Positions 49,385 through 59,762 of a stretch of DNA of 64,000 bases are shown piece after piece. The position numbers were made by a program, and so were the translations under genes. Positions within the stretch are counted from its first letter, which is position 1; each line of letters begins with the position of its first letter. Under the pieces are notes generated by a model. That model was not told where the DNA came from. It saw nothing but the letters and a program-made list of their open reading frames with translations, and made no database searches. This DNA comes from Aggregatilineales bacterium (lineage in GTDB: Bacteria; Chloroflexota; Anaerolineae; Aggregatilineales; Phototrophicaceae), in NCBI GenBank assembly GCA_963662925.1, contig OY759986.1:2763729-2827728 (forward strand), read 5' to 3'.

Positions 49385-50506
49385 ATGGCAGTCGCCCAGA
49401 TGAAAAGAAGCGAGCTGGTCGCCGGCGTGCGCTTCCAGAAGATTGGCAAGCTCTACCATTTTGATTTCTCCGCTCACCCTGAATTGAAGCAGGGCGATTA
49501 TGTGATCGTCGACACGCGGCGCGGGCGACAGATGGGCCAGGTCATGGGCTTTACCGCGCCCGATGAAGAGCGCCAGACGCGCAAGATCCTGCGCCCGGCG
49601 ACGCCGCGCGATCTCGTGCTGCGGCAGCAGTGGGAAGAGAAGCAGGACGACGCCCTGGAGACCTGCCGCGAAGCCGCCGCGCATCTGCGCCGGATGAACG
49701 ACGTCAAGTTTGTCGCGGCGCAATACAACTATGACGGCAGCGTGGTGACCTTCCTGTTCAGCGCCGAACAGAAAGTCGACACGACCGTGCTGCAGAAGCG
49801 CCTGCAGCGCAAATTCGAGGCGCGGATCGAGATGCGCCAGATTGGGCCGCGCGATGTCGCCAAGCTCTTGGGTGGCTTTGGCGCCTGCGGCATTACGCGC
49901 TGCTGCAGCACCTTTCTCACCGATTTCAGCCCGATTTCGATCAAGATGGCGAAGGCGCAGGGCATCTCGCTGAATCCATCGGAGATTACGGGCATGTGCG
50001 GGCGTTTGCGCTGCTGCCTGGTCTTCGAGTACGAGCAATATGTCGAAGCGCGGAAACAGCTGCCGCGGCGCAACAAACGCGTCGGCACGCCACACGGCGA
50101 AGCGCGAGTCCTGGATCAGCTGCCGCTGCGGGACGCCGTGCTTGTGGAGGTCGGCGAAGGCGCGCGCAAGGTCGTGGAGCGCGAAGACATCATCCCGCTT
50201 GAGGAGTTCCGCAAGCTGGCGGAGAAGGCGCAGGCCCCCTGCGACAAACACGGCGACGGCAGCTGCGAATGCGGCATGCCGGCCGGTCAGCGGCAGGCGG
50301 ACAAGCTGGCGGTCGCGCCTCAGCCTGTGCCGGCGGCAGAAGAGAAGCGCAAACCTGAAGCGGAAAAGCCGCGCAAACGTCGCACGCGTCGGTCGCGCGG
50401 TCGCTCTGGCAGTGGCGGTCAATCAAATCGCCGCCGGGGAAGACGCCGGGGCGGCCGCCGCTCGGGTCAGGGATCTGATCAATCAGAACAAAGCGATTCC
50501 CAGTGA
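49385..50506 (+). CDS. PSP1 C-terminal domain protein (YaaT/RicT-like)
   Basis: PSP1 core with the conserved Cys cluster (GACGITRCCSTFL...GMCGRLRCCL.FE). The C-terminal ~60 aa are an Arg/Gly/Ser-rich tail. Confidence 0.85.
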   Translation: MAVAQMKRSELVAGVRFQKIGKLYHFDFSAHPELKQGDYVIVDTRRGRQMGQVMGFTAPDEERQTRKILRPATPRDLVLRQQWEEKQDDALETCREAAAHLRRMNDVKFVAAQYNYDGSVVTFLFSAEQKVDTTVLQKRLQRKFEARIEMRQIGPRDVAKLLGGFGACGITRCCSTFLTDFSPISIKMAKAQGISLNPSEITGMCGRLRCCLVFEYEQYVEARKQLPRRNKRVGTPHGEARVLDQLPLRDAVLVEVGEGARKVVEREDIIPLEEFRKLAEKAQAPCDKHGDGSCECGMPAGQRQADKLAVAPQPVPAAEEKRKPEAEKPRKRRTRRSRGRSGSGGQSNRRRGRRRGGRRSGQGSDQSEQSDSQ

Positions 50507-50514
50507 CCGCCGAC

Positions 50515-50588
50515 TGTGGGGGCGAGACTTGTCTCGTCCGCCGCCCGCCAAAGCGCAAACTGTAGGGGCGAGACTTGTCTCGCCCGCC
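50515..50588 (+). repeat. Two Family A REP-like units in tandem (46-bp spacing)
   Basis: TGTGGGGGCGAGACTTGTCTCGTCCGCC (50515-50542) and TGTAGGGGCGAGACTTGTCTCGCCCGCC (50561-50588). Confidence 0.8.
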
Positions 50589-50609
50589 ACCCGCCGGAGC
50601 GGAAAACGC

Positions 50610-51338
50610 GTGACCGACAGGGACGACACTCAAAACGGCAAGATCGGGCGCGTGCTCGGCGTCTTCGCGCATCCGGACGATCCCGAGTTTTTCGCTGGCG
50701 GCGCCTTCGCCAAGTGGGCGGCGCATGGCGCGGATATCACCTTCCTCATCGCCACCAGCGGCGACAAAGGCAGCGCCGACCCCGATATGACGGGCGATCG
50801 CCTGGCGGAGCTGCGCGAGGCGGAAGAGCGGGCGGCGGCGGCCGCGCTCGGCGTTAAGGACGTGGTCTTTTTGCGCTACAAAGACGGCGAGCTTTTCCCG
50901 ACCCTGGAACTCAGGCGCGATATCACGCGGATGATTCGCCTGAAAAAACCCGATATTGTCGTGACCCTCGACCCGACACGCTGGTATGGCTCGCGCGGGA
51001 TCAACCATCCCGATCATCGCGCGATTGGCGCGGCCACGCTGGAAGCCGTCTTCCCGACCGCGCGCGACCGGCTCAACTTCATCGAGCACGAACGCGACGA
51101 AGGCTTGGATACGCATAAGGTGAGCACGGTTTATATCGCCGGCGCCGTCGAGCCAAACCTTACGCTGGACGTCACCGACGCCGTGGAGCGGCAGATCGAC
51201 GCGCTGCGGGCGCATAAAACGCAGATTTCCGATATGGACAAAATGGCGGAGCGCATCCGCGAACGCTCGCTTGATCCAGACTCGCCGCCCGAGTTCCCGC
51301 GGCGGATAGAGCGCTTCCACGTGATCAATATGAGGTGA
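50610..51338 (+). CDS. PIG-L/LmbE family deacetylase
   Basis: Start set at the GTG at 50610 (GGAGCGG upstream). The hallmark motif is VLGVFAHPDDPEF. The long track ORF upstream is out-of-context shadow over the PSP1 gene. Confidence 0.8.
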   Translation: MTDRDDTQNGKIGRVLGVFAHPDDPEFFAGGAFAKWAAHGADITFLIATSGDKGSADPDMTGDRLAELREAEERAAAAALGVKDVVFLRYKDGELFPTLELRRDITRMIRLKKPDIVVTLDPTRWYGSRGINHPDHRAIGAATLEAVFPTARDRLNFIEHERDEGLDTHKVSTVYIAGAVEPNLTLDVTDAVERQIDALRAHKTQISDMDKMAERIRERSLDPDSPPEFPRRIERFHVINMR

Positions 51339-51345
51339 ATTCAAA

Positions 51346-52527
51346 ATGGCAATCGATTTCATGGCGGAGGCCGAAGCCCTGCGCGACGAGCTGGTGGCGC
51401 GCCGCCGCGACTTTCATCAACACCCTGAACTCGCTTTCCAAGAGCATCGCACGGCCGGCATCGTCGCCGACGACCTCAATGGCTTGGGCCTGGAAGTGCA
51501 GAGCGGCGTCGGTCGCACGGGCGTGGTCGGCATCCTTGAGGGTGCGGACGATGGACCGACCGTACTTTACCGCGCCGATATGGACGCGCTGCCGATCCTC
51601 GAAGAGAACGAGACCGACTATGTCTCGAGAGAAGCGGGGGTGATGCACGCCTGCGGTCATGACGGGCATACCGCCATCGCGCTGGGCATCGCCAAGCTGC
51701 TTTCCAGGCATCGCGATGACCTCAGCGGTCGGGTGAAGTTCGTCTTCCAGCCAGCCGAGGAGCAGGGCAAAGGCGCCGAATACATGATCGCGGATGGCGC
51801 GCTGGAGTCGCCAGCGCCGGATTACTGCCTGGGCATCCACCTATGGAACGACCTGGAAGTCGGCGACGTCAGCGTCGTCTCGGGCCCGACGATGTCGGGG
51901 GCGGGCGTCTTTGAGATCACTATCACCGGCGTGGGCGGTCATGGGGCGATGCCGCATCAAACCGCCGATCCGATCGTCGCCGCCGCCCAGGTCATCGTCG
52001 CCCTGCAAACCATCGTCAGCCGCAATGTCGACCCGCTGGACCTGGTGGTCATCACGGTTGGCACGATAAATGGCGGCAGCGCGCGCAACATCATTCCGCA
52101 GACGGTCAGCTTCACCGGGTCGTTTCGCCTGTTCCGCGAGGAGACGCGTGGCTTGATCAAAGACCGAATCCGCCAAGTCGCCGAGAGCGTCGCCGGCGGC
52201 CTGGGCTGCCGGGCGCAAGTTGACTTCGGCCTGGGCATTGGACCAGTCGTGAACGACGCCGCGGTCGCCGAGCGCGCGCGAGCGGTCTTCGCCGGCTTTG
52301 GCGACGCCGTGAATGTCGTGCGGCAGCCCTGGATGGCTTCGGAGGACGTCGGTTTGTTCATGCAGCGCAACCCGAGCGCCTACCTGCTGGTCGGCGCGGC
52401 GAATCGTGAACGACAGCTGGATTTCCCACATCATCACCCGCGCTTCGACATTGACGAAGACGTTCTGCCCCTGAGCGTCGGGCTGATGTCGGCGGTGATC
52501 GCCGATTATCTGGGGGCGGATGGCTAG
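51346..52527 (+). CDS. M20/M20D family amidohydrolase (N-acyl-amino acid amidohydrolase/hippuricase-like)
   Basis: FHQHPELAFQE, MHACGHDGH and the dimerisation insert are present. 393 aa. Confidence 0.85.
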   Translation: MAIDFMAEAEALRDELVARRRDFHQHPELAFQEHRTAGIVADDLNGLGLEVQSGVGRTGVVGILEGADDGPTVLYRADMDALPILEENETDYVSREAGVMHACGHDGHTAIALGIAKLLSRHRDDLSGRVKFVFQPAEEQGKGAEYMIADGALESPAPDYCLGIHLWNDLEVGDVSVVSGPTMSGAGVFEITITGVGGHGAMPHQTADPIVAAAQVIVALQTIVSRNVDPLDLVVITVGTINGGSARNIIPQTVSFTGSFRLFREETRGLIKDRIRQVAESVAGGLGCRAQVDFGLGIGPVVNDAAVAERARAVFAGFGDAVNVVRQPWMASEDVGLFMQRNPSAYLLVGAANRERQLDFPHHHPRFDIDEDVLPLSVGLMSAVIADYLGADG

Positions 52528-53154
52528 ATGACCGCGCGAGCGCCCTTCAGCTGGCTGGACTGCAATGGCTGGATCGTATTGTCAGGCTATCCTGACGCTT
52601 TGAGCGAGATCCGCGCCCGCGCCTTGAACCGCTACGATGGCGCCGGCGCCATCGCCTATATTTCGCTGGCGAGCGACCGCGGCGACGCCTTGATGGATGA
52701 CATGGCGGAACTGGGCGCGCCAGCCGGTTATCTGGTCGATCTGGAGGCGAGCGATAATAACGAAGTTTATGAGCGACTGGCTGCGGCGGGGATGATCGTC
52801 ATTGAGGCCGCGCCCTATGCCGACGCCCTTGGCTCGCTGACGACGCAGACGGTGTCGAGCGCCTTGAAGGTCGCATTGGAGCGCGGCGCTTTGATTCTGT
52901 TTGAAGGCGGGGCGGCCGCGATCGCCGGGGAGGCGGGCGGCGGACTGAATTTCGTTCGGAACGCGCTGATCACCGCGCCAGTGGACGCTTTCGCCGAGCC
53001 TGAATTGCCTCGCCGTAACGGGCGCGAGCCGAAGCTCGGCGTCGTCATGGCTTTGGCGCGCGGTTCGGCTTTGGCGCTGGGTCCGGCCGGGCGGATCGAG
53101 ACCTGGGGCGATGGCGAGGTGACCATCAGCCTGCCCGCCCACGAGCAATTGTAG
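52528..53154 (+). CDS. Hypothetical protein (208 aa)
   Basis: The ATG directly abuts the M20 stop. Codon bias is coding-like. There is a weak, unverified resemblance to class I amidotransferase-like/peptidase S51 folds. Confidence 0.45.
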   Translation: MTARAPFSWLDCNGWIVLSGYPDALSEIRARALNRYDGAGAIAYISLASDRGDALMDDMAELGAPAGYLVDLEASDNNEVYERLAAAGMIVIEAAPYADALGSLTTQTVSSALKVALERGALILFEGGAAAIAGEAGGGLNFVRNALITAPVDAFAEPELPRRNGREPKLGVVMALARGSALALGPAGRIETWGDGEVTISLPAHEQL

Positions 53155-53220
53155 ACAGGCGCGCGACGCTGTCGCCGCCCACGCGAGTTTCTTAGCGTGT
53201 GTGACGCGCCGTTAGACTAC

Positions 53221-53245
53221 TGTGGGCGATTCACCAAATCGCCCC
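53221..53245 (+). repeat. Variant Family A-like hairpin
   Basis: TGTGGGCGATTCACCAAATCGCCCC. Compare TTTGGGCGATTCACAGAATCGCC at 28690-28712. Confidence 0.4.
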
Positions 53246-53364
53246 GACCGATCGCAAATCAAGCGAAAGCGCGCAGGGGCGTTATGCTGTAGCGCCCGAC
53301 GACAGCGCAAGGCAAACGGGGGCCGACTCGCTGAGTCGCTCGCCAAAGCGAAATGTGGGGCGCC

Positions 53365-54666
53365 ATGCCAATTACGATACTCATCGGCGCGCAATGGGGC
53401 GATGAAGGCAAGGGCCGGGTGGTCGACTGGCTGGCGGCTTCCGCCGATATCGTCGCCCGATACGCCGGCGGCGACAACGCGGGCCACACCGTCGCGCTGG
53501 ACGGCGAGGTCTATAAGCTGCACATGGTGCCCTCCGGCATCCTGCACGGCAACGTAGTCTCGATCATGGGCAACGGCATGGTCATCAACCCGGTCAACCT
53601 CGTGCGCGAGATCGAGGTCCTGCGCAAAATGGGCGTCGAGATCACGCCCGAGCGGCTCGTCATCAGTTCGCGCGCGCATATCATCACGCCGGCGCATATC
53701 GCCCAGGATAAAGCCCGGGAGCAGGCCCTGGGCGCGGCGAAAATCGGCACGACCCTGCGCGGGATTGGGCCCGCCTATCTCGACAAGACGGGTCGGGCCG
53801 GCATTCGCACCGGCGATATGCTGCTGGATGTCGAAGAATACGCCGATCGCCTGGTTTCGGCGATTGAAGCGAGTAACGACGCGTTGCGCTCGCAGGGTTT
53901 GGCGGCTTTGGACGCGCGCGAGGCGGCGCAGGCTTATTTGGACGCGGCCGCGGTCTTGCGGCCATTCATCAAAGACGTTTCCATTTATCTGTACGAGGCG
54001 CTGAAGGCGGGCAAGCGGGTCGTCTGCGAGGGCGCGCAGGGCACGCTGCTGGATATCGATCACGGCAGCTATCCCTTCGTCACCAGTTCGTCGCCGACGG
54101 CGGGCGGGGCGCTGACCGGGCTGGGCGTGGGTCCCCTCTTCGTCGAACGGGTCCTAGGCGTGGCCAAAGCCTTTAGCACGCGCGTCGGCGGCGGACCCAT
54201 GCCGACGGAGCTGCAGGGCGAAATCGCCGAGCACTTCCGTGGCAGCGGGGCGAATTTCTGGGACGAGTTTGGCACGACCACCGGGCGTCCGCGGCGCTGC
54301 GGCTGGCTTGATGTCGTCATGCTGCGCTATGCGGTCGGCGTCAACGGCTTGAGTGAACTGATGCTGACCAAGATGGACATTCTCTCCGGGCTGGACGAGC
54401 TGAAGCTGGCGACCGCCTACGAGATTGACGGCGACCGCTGCGAGTATCCGCCCGTGACCAACGAGCAGCTGGCGCGCGCCAAGCCAGTCTACGAGACGCT
54501 GCCGGGCTGGCAGGAAGACATTAGCCATTGCCGGCGCTTCGCCGATTTGCCGGCCGCGGCCAGGCATTACATCACTCGCGTCTCGGAACTCTGCGATGTG
54601 CCGATTGACATGGTGAGCGTGGGGCCCGAGCGCGACCAGCTGGTGACGAAAACGTCGGGCGGCTAG
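53365..54666 (+). CDS. purA: Adenylosuccinate synthase
   Basis: Start trimmed to MPITILIGAQWGDEGKGR. GDEGKGK-type P-loop, GTTLRGIGPAY and GTTTGRPRRCGW motifs are present. Confidence 0.95.
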   Translation: MPITILIGAQWGDEGKGRVVDWLAASADIVARYAGGDNAGHTVALDGEVYKLHMVPSGILHGNVVSIMGNGMVINPVNLVREIEVLRKMGVEITPERLVISSRAHIITPAHIAQDKAREQALGAAKIGTTLRGIGPAYLDKTGRAGIRTGDMLLDVEEYADRLVSAIEASNDALRSQGLAALDAREAAQAYLDAAAVLRPFIKDVSIYLYEALKAGKRVVCEGAQGTLLDIDHGSYPFVTSSSPTAGGALTGLGVGPLFVERVLGVAKAFSTRVGGGPMPTELQGEIAEHFRGSGANFWDEFGTTTGRPRRCGWLDVVMLRYAVGVNGLSELMLTKMDILSGLDELKLATAYEIDGDRCEYPPVTNEQLARAKPVYETLPGWQEDISHCRRFADLPAAARHYITRVSELCDVPIDMVSVGPERDQLVTKTSGG

Positions 54667-54751
54667 CTGGCTGCGCAGGCATAAATGGCTTGCGTCCGGC
54701 GGCTTGGAAGGGTAAAATGCGAATGTCGGGCTTGGCGCTGGGAGAACGGGC

Positions 54752-55024
54752 ATGAAATCATTGGGGGCGGTTGCGCTTGTATTGGTCATTTTGCTGGCCG
54801 GCGGCGCCATCACGTCCAACCTGTTGTCGTCCGATCTGGCGATTCAGCAGACGACTGACCCCAGCGGCGATTTTCTGACAGCCACGCCCGATCAAGCAGT
54901 CGCCTTCATCCTGGTCACCGGCTTCATTCTCTTCAACGTGCTGGGCGCGGGCTTGACGCTGATGATCGTCTTCTGGCTGCTGAACCGCCAGGTGACCGCC
55001 GTCCGGCAAGAGCCGAGCGCCTGA
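54752..55024 (+). CDS. Small membrane protein (90 aa), hypothetical
   Basis: Two hydrophobic helices. No family recognised. Confidence 0.4.
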   Translation: MKSLGAVALVLVILLAGGAITSNLLSSDLAIQQTTDPSGDFLTATPDQAVAFILVTGFILFNVLGAGLTLMIVFWLLNRQVTAVRQEPSA

Positions 55025-55069
55025 GATCCGAGTGCCGCCCGTTGCGCGCCGCCGAGCCGCGGGCAAGCG

Positions 55070-55543
55070 ATGACGGATCGCGATACAACTCCCCCGAAAG
55101 CCCGGAAAAAGCAGGTCCTCGCCATTGCTGCAACGGCGATTGTCGGTTTCGCGCTGCTATTGGCATGGATCATGCTGTCGACTGCGTCATCCGAGACGGG
55201 CGGCGGCGACAGCGACTCTTTGGCGCGGGTGGTGGCGACAGCGATGGCGGGCGCGGACGCGGAGATCGGCGAGCGGCTGGTCACCGAAACCGACTGCGCC
55301 AGCTGCCATCTGACGGGCGACGGCGGCGCGTCCCCGCGCTTTGACGGGCTGGCGGACGTGGCGGGGGCGCGGCGGCCATCGCTCAGCGCGGCGCAGTATC
55401 TGTACGAGGCGATCGTGTCGCCCGGCGCGCACCTGGTCGACGGCTACGCCAAGGCCATGCCGAATGACTACGGACAGCGGTATTCGGCGGCGGAATTGGG
55501 GCACATGATCGCCTATCTGCTGACCTTCACGGATGAAGCCTGA
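55070..55543 (+). CDS. Membrane-anchored c-type cytochrome
   Basis: N-terminal TM anchor, a single CASCH haem-binding motif, and a downstream Met (AMPND) as candidate sixth ligand. Confidence 0.7.
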   Translation: MTDRDTTPPKARKKQVLAIAATAIVGFALLLAWIMLSTASSETGGGDSDSLARVVATAMAGADAEIGERLVTETDCASCHLTGDGGASPRFDGLADVAGARRPSLSAAQYLYEAIVSPGAHLVDGYAKAMPNDYGQRYSAAELGHMIAYLLTFTDEA

Positions 55544-55597
55544 GGCGCATCCAGGGTCCCTTCTGGGGGGCTCAGGGTCTGCGCGGCCCCGCCTGGA

Positions 55598-57319
55598 ATG
55601 ACAGAAATGAATCTCGACGTATTCGCCATCGCTGCGCTTGCCGATGAACTCAGAGAAAGCGTGCTAGGCGGCCGCGTGCAAGACGTGATCGATGTCGACG
55701 CGCTGGGCATCGGCCTGGAGATCTATGCGAATCGCCGGCGCCACTATCTCTATCTGAGCGCCGATGCGGCGTATCCTCGCCTGCATCTGGTCGACGCCAA
55801 GCTGCGCCGGGGCCTGGCCAAGCCAACACAGCTGGGTCTGCTGCTGCGGCGCTGCGTCGAGGGCGGCGTCCTCAAGCGGGTCGGCCAGCCGGCTTGGGAA
55901 CGGCTTCTCGAAATCGAGATCGAAAGCGGGGATGGCGCTTATCGCCTCATCGCCGAGTTGATGCCGCGGCGCGCCAACCTGCTGCTCGTGCAAGACGGCA
56001 AGATTCTGGATTGCCTGAATCGCGTGGGACCGGCCGACAACCGCTATCGCCTCAGCTTGCCCAATCATGAGTATGTGCCGCCGCCACCAATTCGCGGCCA
56101 GCGCGATCCGGCGGAAGTACGCGAAGAAGACCTCCGCGAGCTTCTCGGCAGCGTGGAAAAGGCGGCTGCGCAGACGCGGCGATTGCTGCCCGGGCGCATA
56201 CTGGGCATGAGCCCGCTGCTGGCGCGCGAGATCGTCTACCGCGCGACTGGCGATGCGCATGCGAAGGCGCGCGACACCGACAGCGCAGCCCTGCACGGCG
56301 CCTATCGCGATGTCGTTACGCCCCTGATGCGGCGGCGCTGGCAGCCGGGCATCGGCAGCCGGCTTGGGGTGGCCGAGGCCTTCAGCGTCTTCCCCTTGAC
56401 GCATCTGGAATGGCGCGCATGCCCGACGATCAGCGGCGCGATGCAAGCCTGCTTCGAGGCGGTCGCCGGCGCGGACGCCTACCAGGAAGCCAAGAAACCG
56501 GTGCAGGCGGCGCTCGACGGCAGCGAGGCTCGGCTGCGCGCCAAGATCGAGTCGCTGCGGAGCGGCTTGCGCGATGATGGCGAGCTGACGCGGCTGAAAC
56601 AGGCGGGCGAATTGATCCTCGCCTACCAATACGTTCTCACGGACGGGCAGACGGAATTGCGGGCGCAATACGACCCGGCGGGGGCGGAGCTGGCGATCGC
56701 GCTCGATCCCGACCTGAGCCCGCTGGAGAACGCGCAGGCGTATTTCCGCCGTTACGAAAAAGCCAAGTCGGCGGCGCAGGCTTTACCCGCGCTCATAAAG
56801 GAAACGCGGATTGAGCTGGACTTCGTCGCGCAGTTGGAAAGCGATTTGCTGGCGGCGGTCAACTGGCCCGAAATCGATGACGTGATCCAGGCTTTGCAGG
56901 CTCGCGGTCATTGGCGGGGCGCGCGCTTGAAGCGAATCGGCGGTGGCGGGCGCGCGGGTCCGCTGCGGGTCGTCAGCCGCGATGGCTACGTGATTTGGGT
57001 GGGGCGAAACAGCCGCCAGAACGAAGAGGTCACATTCAAGAGAGCGAAGGCGCAGGACATCTGGCTGCACGCGCGGGGGGCGCCGGGCGCGCATGTGGTC
57101 ATCCGCAACGATGGCCGGCGCATCGGCGAGGCGCTAATCGCAGAGGCGGCCGCCGTCGCCGCCTGGCACAGCAGCAGGCGCAACGACGCCAGCGTCCCTG
57201 TGGACTACACGCGGGTCAAATACGTGCGCGCGATCAAGGGGGCGGGCGCGGGCATGGCGACCTATCGCAACGAGCGCACCATCAGCGTCCAGCCGCAGGA
57301 CGAATCCATTCTCGCTTGA
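55598..57319 (+). CDS. rqcH: NFACT-family ribosome quality-control protein (RqcH/FbpA-like)
   Basis: 573 aa with an NFACT-N domain, a central coiled coil, and an NFACT-R/DUF814 region (VGRNSRQNEEVTF..A...DIWLHA...PGAHVVI). Confidence 0.8.
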   Translation: MTEMNLDVFAIAALADELRESVLGGRVQDVIDVDALGIGLEIYANRRRHYLYLSADAAYPRLHLVDAKLRRGLAKPTQLGLLLRRCVEGGVLKRVGQPAWERLLEIEIESGDGAYRLIAELMPRRANLLLVQDGKILDCLNRVGPADNRYRLSLPNHEYVPPPPIRGQRDPAEVREEDLRELLGSVEKAAAQTRRLLPGRILGMSPLLAREIVYRATGDAHAKARDTDSAALHGAYRDVVTPLMRRRWQPGIGSRLGVAEAFSVFPLTHLEWRACPTISGAMQACFEAVAGADAYQEAKKPVQAALDGSEARLRAKIESLRSGLRDDGELTRLKQAGELILAYQYVLTDGQTELRAQYDPAGAELAIALDPDLSPLENAQAYFRRYEKAKSAAQALPALIKETRIELDFVAQLESDLLAAVNWPEIDDVIQALQARGHWRGARLKRIGGGGRAGPLRVVSRDGYVIWVGRNSRQNEEVTFKRAKAQDIWLHARGAPGAHVVIRNDGRRIGEALIAEAAAVAAWHSSRRNDASVPVDYTRVKYVRAIKGAGAGMATYRNERTISVQPQDESILA

Positions 57320-57342
57320 CCCGCTCCAGGCCCGCGCGCAGC

Positions 57343-58572
57343 CTATAAGAGCTGCCCAGCGGGTCGTCCGCCAGAATCGATGACGTTCCGCGCCGCGTCC
57401 AGGACCTGCGCCACCGTGATTTCGCGCACGCAGGGATGATTCGCGGACGGGTCGCCACGCCAATCGAGGATGCGACAGGGACGGCAAGCGATGTCGGAAG
57501 CCACCACGGCATGCCGAGCGGGGTCGCCCCAGGGCGCGAATTCGAGCGGGTCCGCCGGCCCGAAGAGCGCGACCGTCGGCCTGCGCGCCGCTGAAGCCAG
57601 ATGCAGCGCGCCACTGTCGGGGCCGAGCACGGCAAGCGACCGGCGGTAGAGCGCCGCCAACTGCCCGATGCTGGTGGCGCCGGCGATGACGTGGGCGGCA
57701 GCGCTCATTTTGGCGTCAATCTCGTTGATGATATCTTTTTCGCCGGGCGTCCCCGTGAAGACTATCGCGGCGCCGTAGTCTTCCGCGAGCGCATCGGCGA
57801 CGACCGCCCACTTTTCCGCCAGCCAGAGCTTGCTGGGCGCGCCCGAGCCCGGATGGATGCAGATGATGGGCGCCTCGGCCGCGATGCCCCATTCCGCGAG
57901 GCGCGCGTCGATGGTCTCGCGATCTTCGCTGCGCAGCGGAAAGTCGAGGTGAACCGCAGGCCTGCGGGGAAGCGCGACGAAAGCCTCGGCCAGCCGCAGA
58001 TTCTGTTCGACGGCGTGCTGATGAACCAGCGGCCGCGCCAGGGTGAGAAAGGGCGCCACGCCGGCGCGGTCATAGCCGATGCGCTGCGGGATGCCAGCGA
58101 GAAAGGCGAGCAGCGCGCCCTGCCAATCATCGGGCCGCATGACGATGGCGCTGTCATAGCCCGTCTTGCGCAGCTTCCGCGCCGACCGAAGCAGCAGCGC
58201 GTATGGATTGCCGCTCGTGGCAGGCGCCCGCTGGAAGCCTGGAAAGGGCAGCGTCAGCGCTTGGTCGATCTCGTCATAATGCGCCAGCAAATCGGCGCAC
58301 CAGGGACCGCAGAGGACGTGTATGCCGAGCTTGGGGCGCGCCGCCTTGATCGCTCGGATGGCCGGCGTCGTCAGCAGCATATCGCCTAGATGATCGGGGC
58401 GAATGATGAGAAGCCGATTGTTTTCCGCGCTTTGGGGCGGCAGCGGCGCCTTGGCGAGCAGACGCAGAGCCTGATTGCGAAGCGCCTGTTTTGGCGATAT
58501 TTCATGCCGCGCCCGCGCCAGTCGCCGATTGCGGTGGGCGAGCGCCTCTCTATTCAAAGCCCAGCTCCGCAT
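57343..58572 (-). CDS. Glycosyltransferase family 9 (heptosyltransferase-like)
   Basis: The N-terminus LLIIRPDHLGDMLLTTPAIRAIK and the C-terminal GPDSGALHLA motif are typical of GT9. Confidence 0.8.
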   Translation of the reverse strand: MRSWALNREALAHRNRRLARARHEISPKQALRNQALRLLAKAPLPPQSAENNRLLIIRPDHLGDMLLTTPAIRAIKAARPKLGIHVLCGPWCADLLAHYDEIDQALTLPFPGFQRAPATSGNPYALLLRSARKLRKTGYDSAIVMRPDDWQGALLAFLAGIPQRIGYDRAGVAPFLTLARPLVHQHAVEQNLRLAEAFVALPRRPAVHLDFPLRSEDRETIDARLAEWGIAAEAPIICIHPGSGAPSKLWLAEKWAVVADALAEDYGAAIVFTGTPGEKDIINEIDAKMSAAAHVIAGATSIGQLAALYRRSLAVLGPDSGALHLASAARRPTVALFGPADPLEFAPWGDPARHAVVASDIACRPCRILDWRGDPSANHPCVREITVAQVLDAARNVIDSGGRPAGQLL

Positions 58573-59758
58573 AGACGCGCAGAAGCTGTGGAATCAGCGC
58601 CTGCCAGTCGTAATGCGCCCCGACGCGCGCCCGCGCCCGCGCCCCCAAATCGCGCCGCCGATCCTCATCACGCAGCAAGGCGAGGACTGCCCCGGCGAAA
58701 TCATCGGCGGAATCGGCGATCATCAGCGACCGGCGCAATTCGTCGCGCAGGCCCGCCGCCCCGATGGACGTTGAGACGACCGCGCAGCCGGCCGCCATCG
58801 CCTGCAAAATCTTCAGGCGCGTACCGCTGCCCATGCGCAGAGGCGCGACATAAATCGCTGCGCTGTGCAGATAGGGCTGTACGGATTCCACCCAGCCCGT
58901 GAGCTGCAGGCTATCGTCAGCCGCGAGCTTTTGCAGGCGCCGATGCGGCTTCCGCCCGACAATGAGCAAGCGAGCCTCCGAGAATTGCGCGCGAACAGGT
59001 GGAAACACGGCTTTGTGAAACCACTCGACCGCGTCCACATTAGGGCGGTAGTCCATTTTGCCGCTGAAGACCAGCTGGGCGCGCTCGCGGGCGATGTCGG
59101 GTGGCGGCGCGTAATCGGCGACGGCGACGCCGTTTGGCACGACACGAACTGGCGCCCCGCCGTGTCGGCTGAGAAAGGCGCGGTCATCTTCACTGACGGC
59201 GATGATGGCATCGACAGCGCGGCAGATGGCCCCTTCAAAGCGCTCCAAGCGGGCGGATTGCATCGTCGAATAAACCGCGGCCGGCAGCCGGCTTAATTCC
59301 GCCCGGTCAACTTCGGCAACGGTGCGCTGCAGCTCGGCTTCGGCGTTCAGCGCGTCATACACCACTTTGGCGCTTTTCTTGCCCGCCTGAATTAACGGCA
59401 GATAACCGCCCAGCTCCAAGCCGGAGAACTGAATGAGATCAAAAGCCCGCTCTTGCAAGAGCCGGCGCAGACGCCGCCCGAAATCTTCACTCGCCAGACG
59501 AAAAGCCATGTCCGCCTGGTCGCTCGCGATCAGTCTGATGAGGCGCTTCAGCTTGCCATGGCCCGGCCTTGGGACGGCGTGAACGCATTCGCAGAGTTCA
59601 TACAGCGGGTTGGCGGCGGCGGGCGGCTGCTCGGCGAAGCTCAAAAGCGTGAGATGGTGGCCAGCCCGCGACAATCCGCGAATGATGCCGATATTACGGA
59701 TGCCGGCGCCCGATTCGCTGGGAAAGGGCAGGTCGGGCGTCAGCAGCAGGATCTTCAT
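58550..59758 (-). CDS. Glycosyltransferase family 4 (GT-B)
   Basis: Start trimmed to MKILLLTPDLPFPSESGAGIR. The C-terminal E-x7-E-type region is PLRMGSGTRLKILQAMA. Confidence 0.8.
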   Translation of the reverse strand: MKILLLTPDLPFPSESGAGIRNIGIIRGLSRAGHHLTLLSFAEQPPAAANPLYELCECVHAVPRPGHGKLKRLIRLIASDQADMAFRLASEDFGRRLRRLLQERAFDLIQFSGLELGGYLPLIQAGKKSAKVVYDALNAEAELQRTVAEVDRAELSRLPAAVYSTMQSARLERFEGAICRAVDAIIAVSEDDRAFLSRHGGAPVRVVPNGVAVADYAPPPDIARERAQLVFSGKMDYRPNVDAVEWFHKAVFPPVRAQFSEARLLIVGRKPHRRLQKLAADDSLQLTGWVESVQPYLHSAAIYVAPLRMGSGTRLKILQAMAAGCAVVSTSIGAAGLRDELRRSLMIADSADDFAGAVLALLRDEDRRRDLGARARARVGAHYDWQALIPQLLRVYAELGFE

Positions 59759-59762
59759 GGCG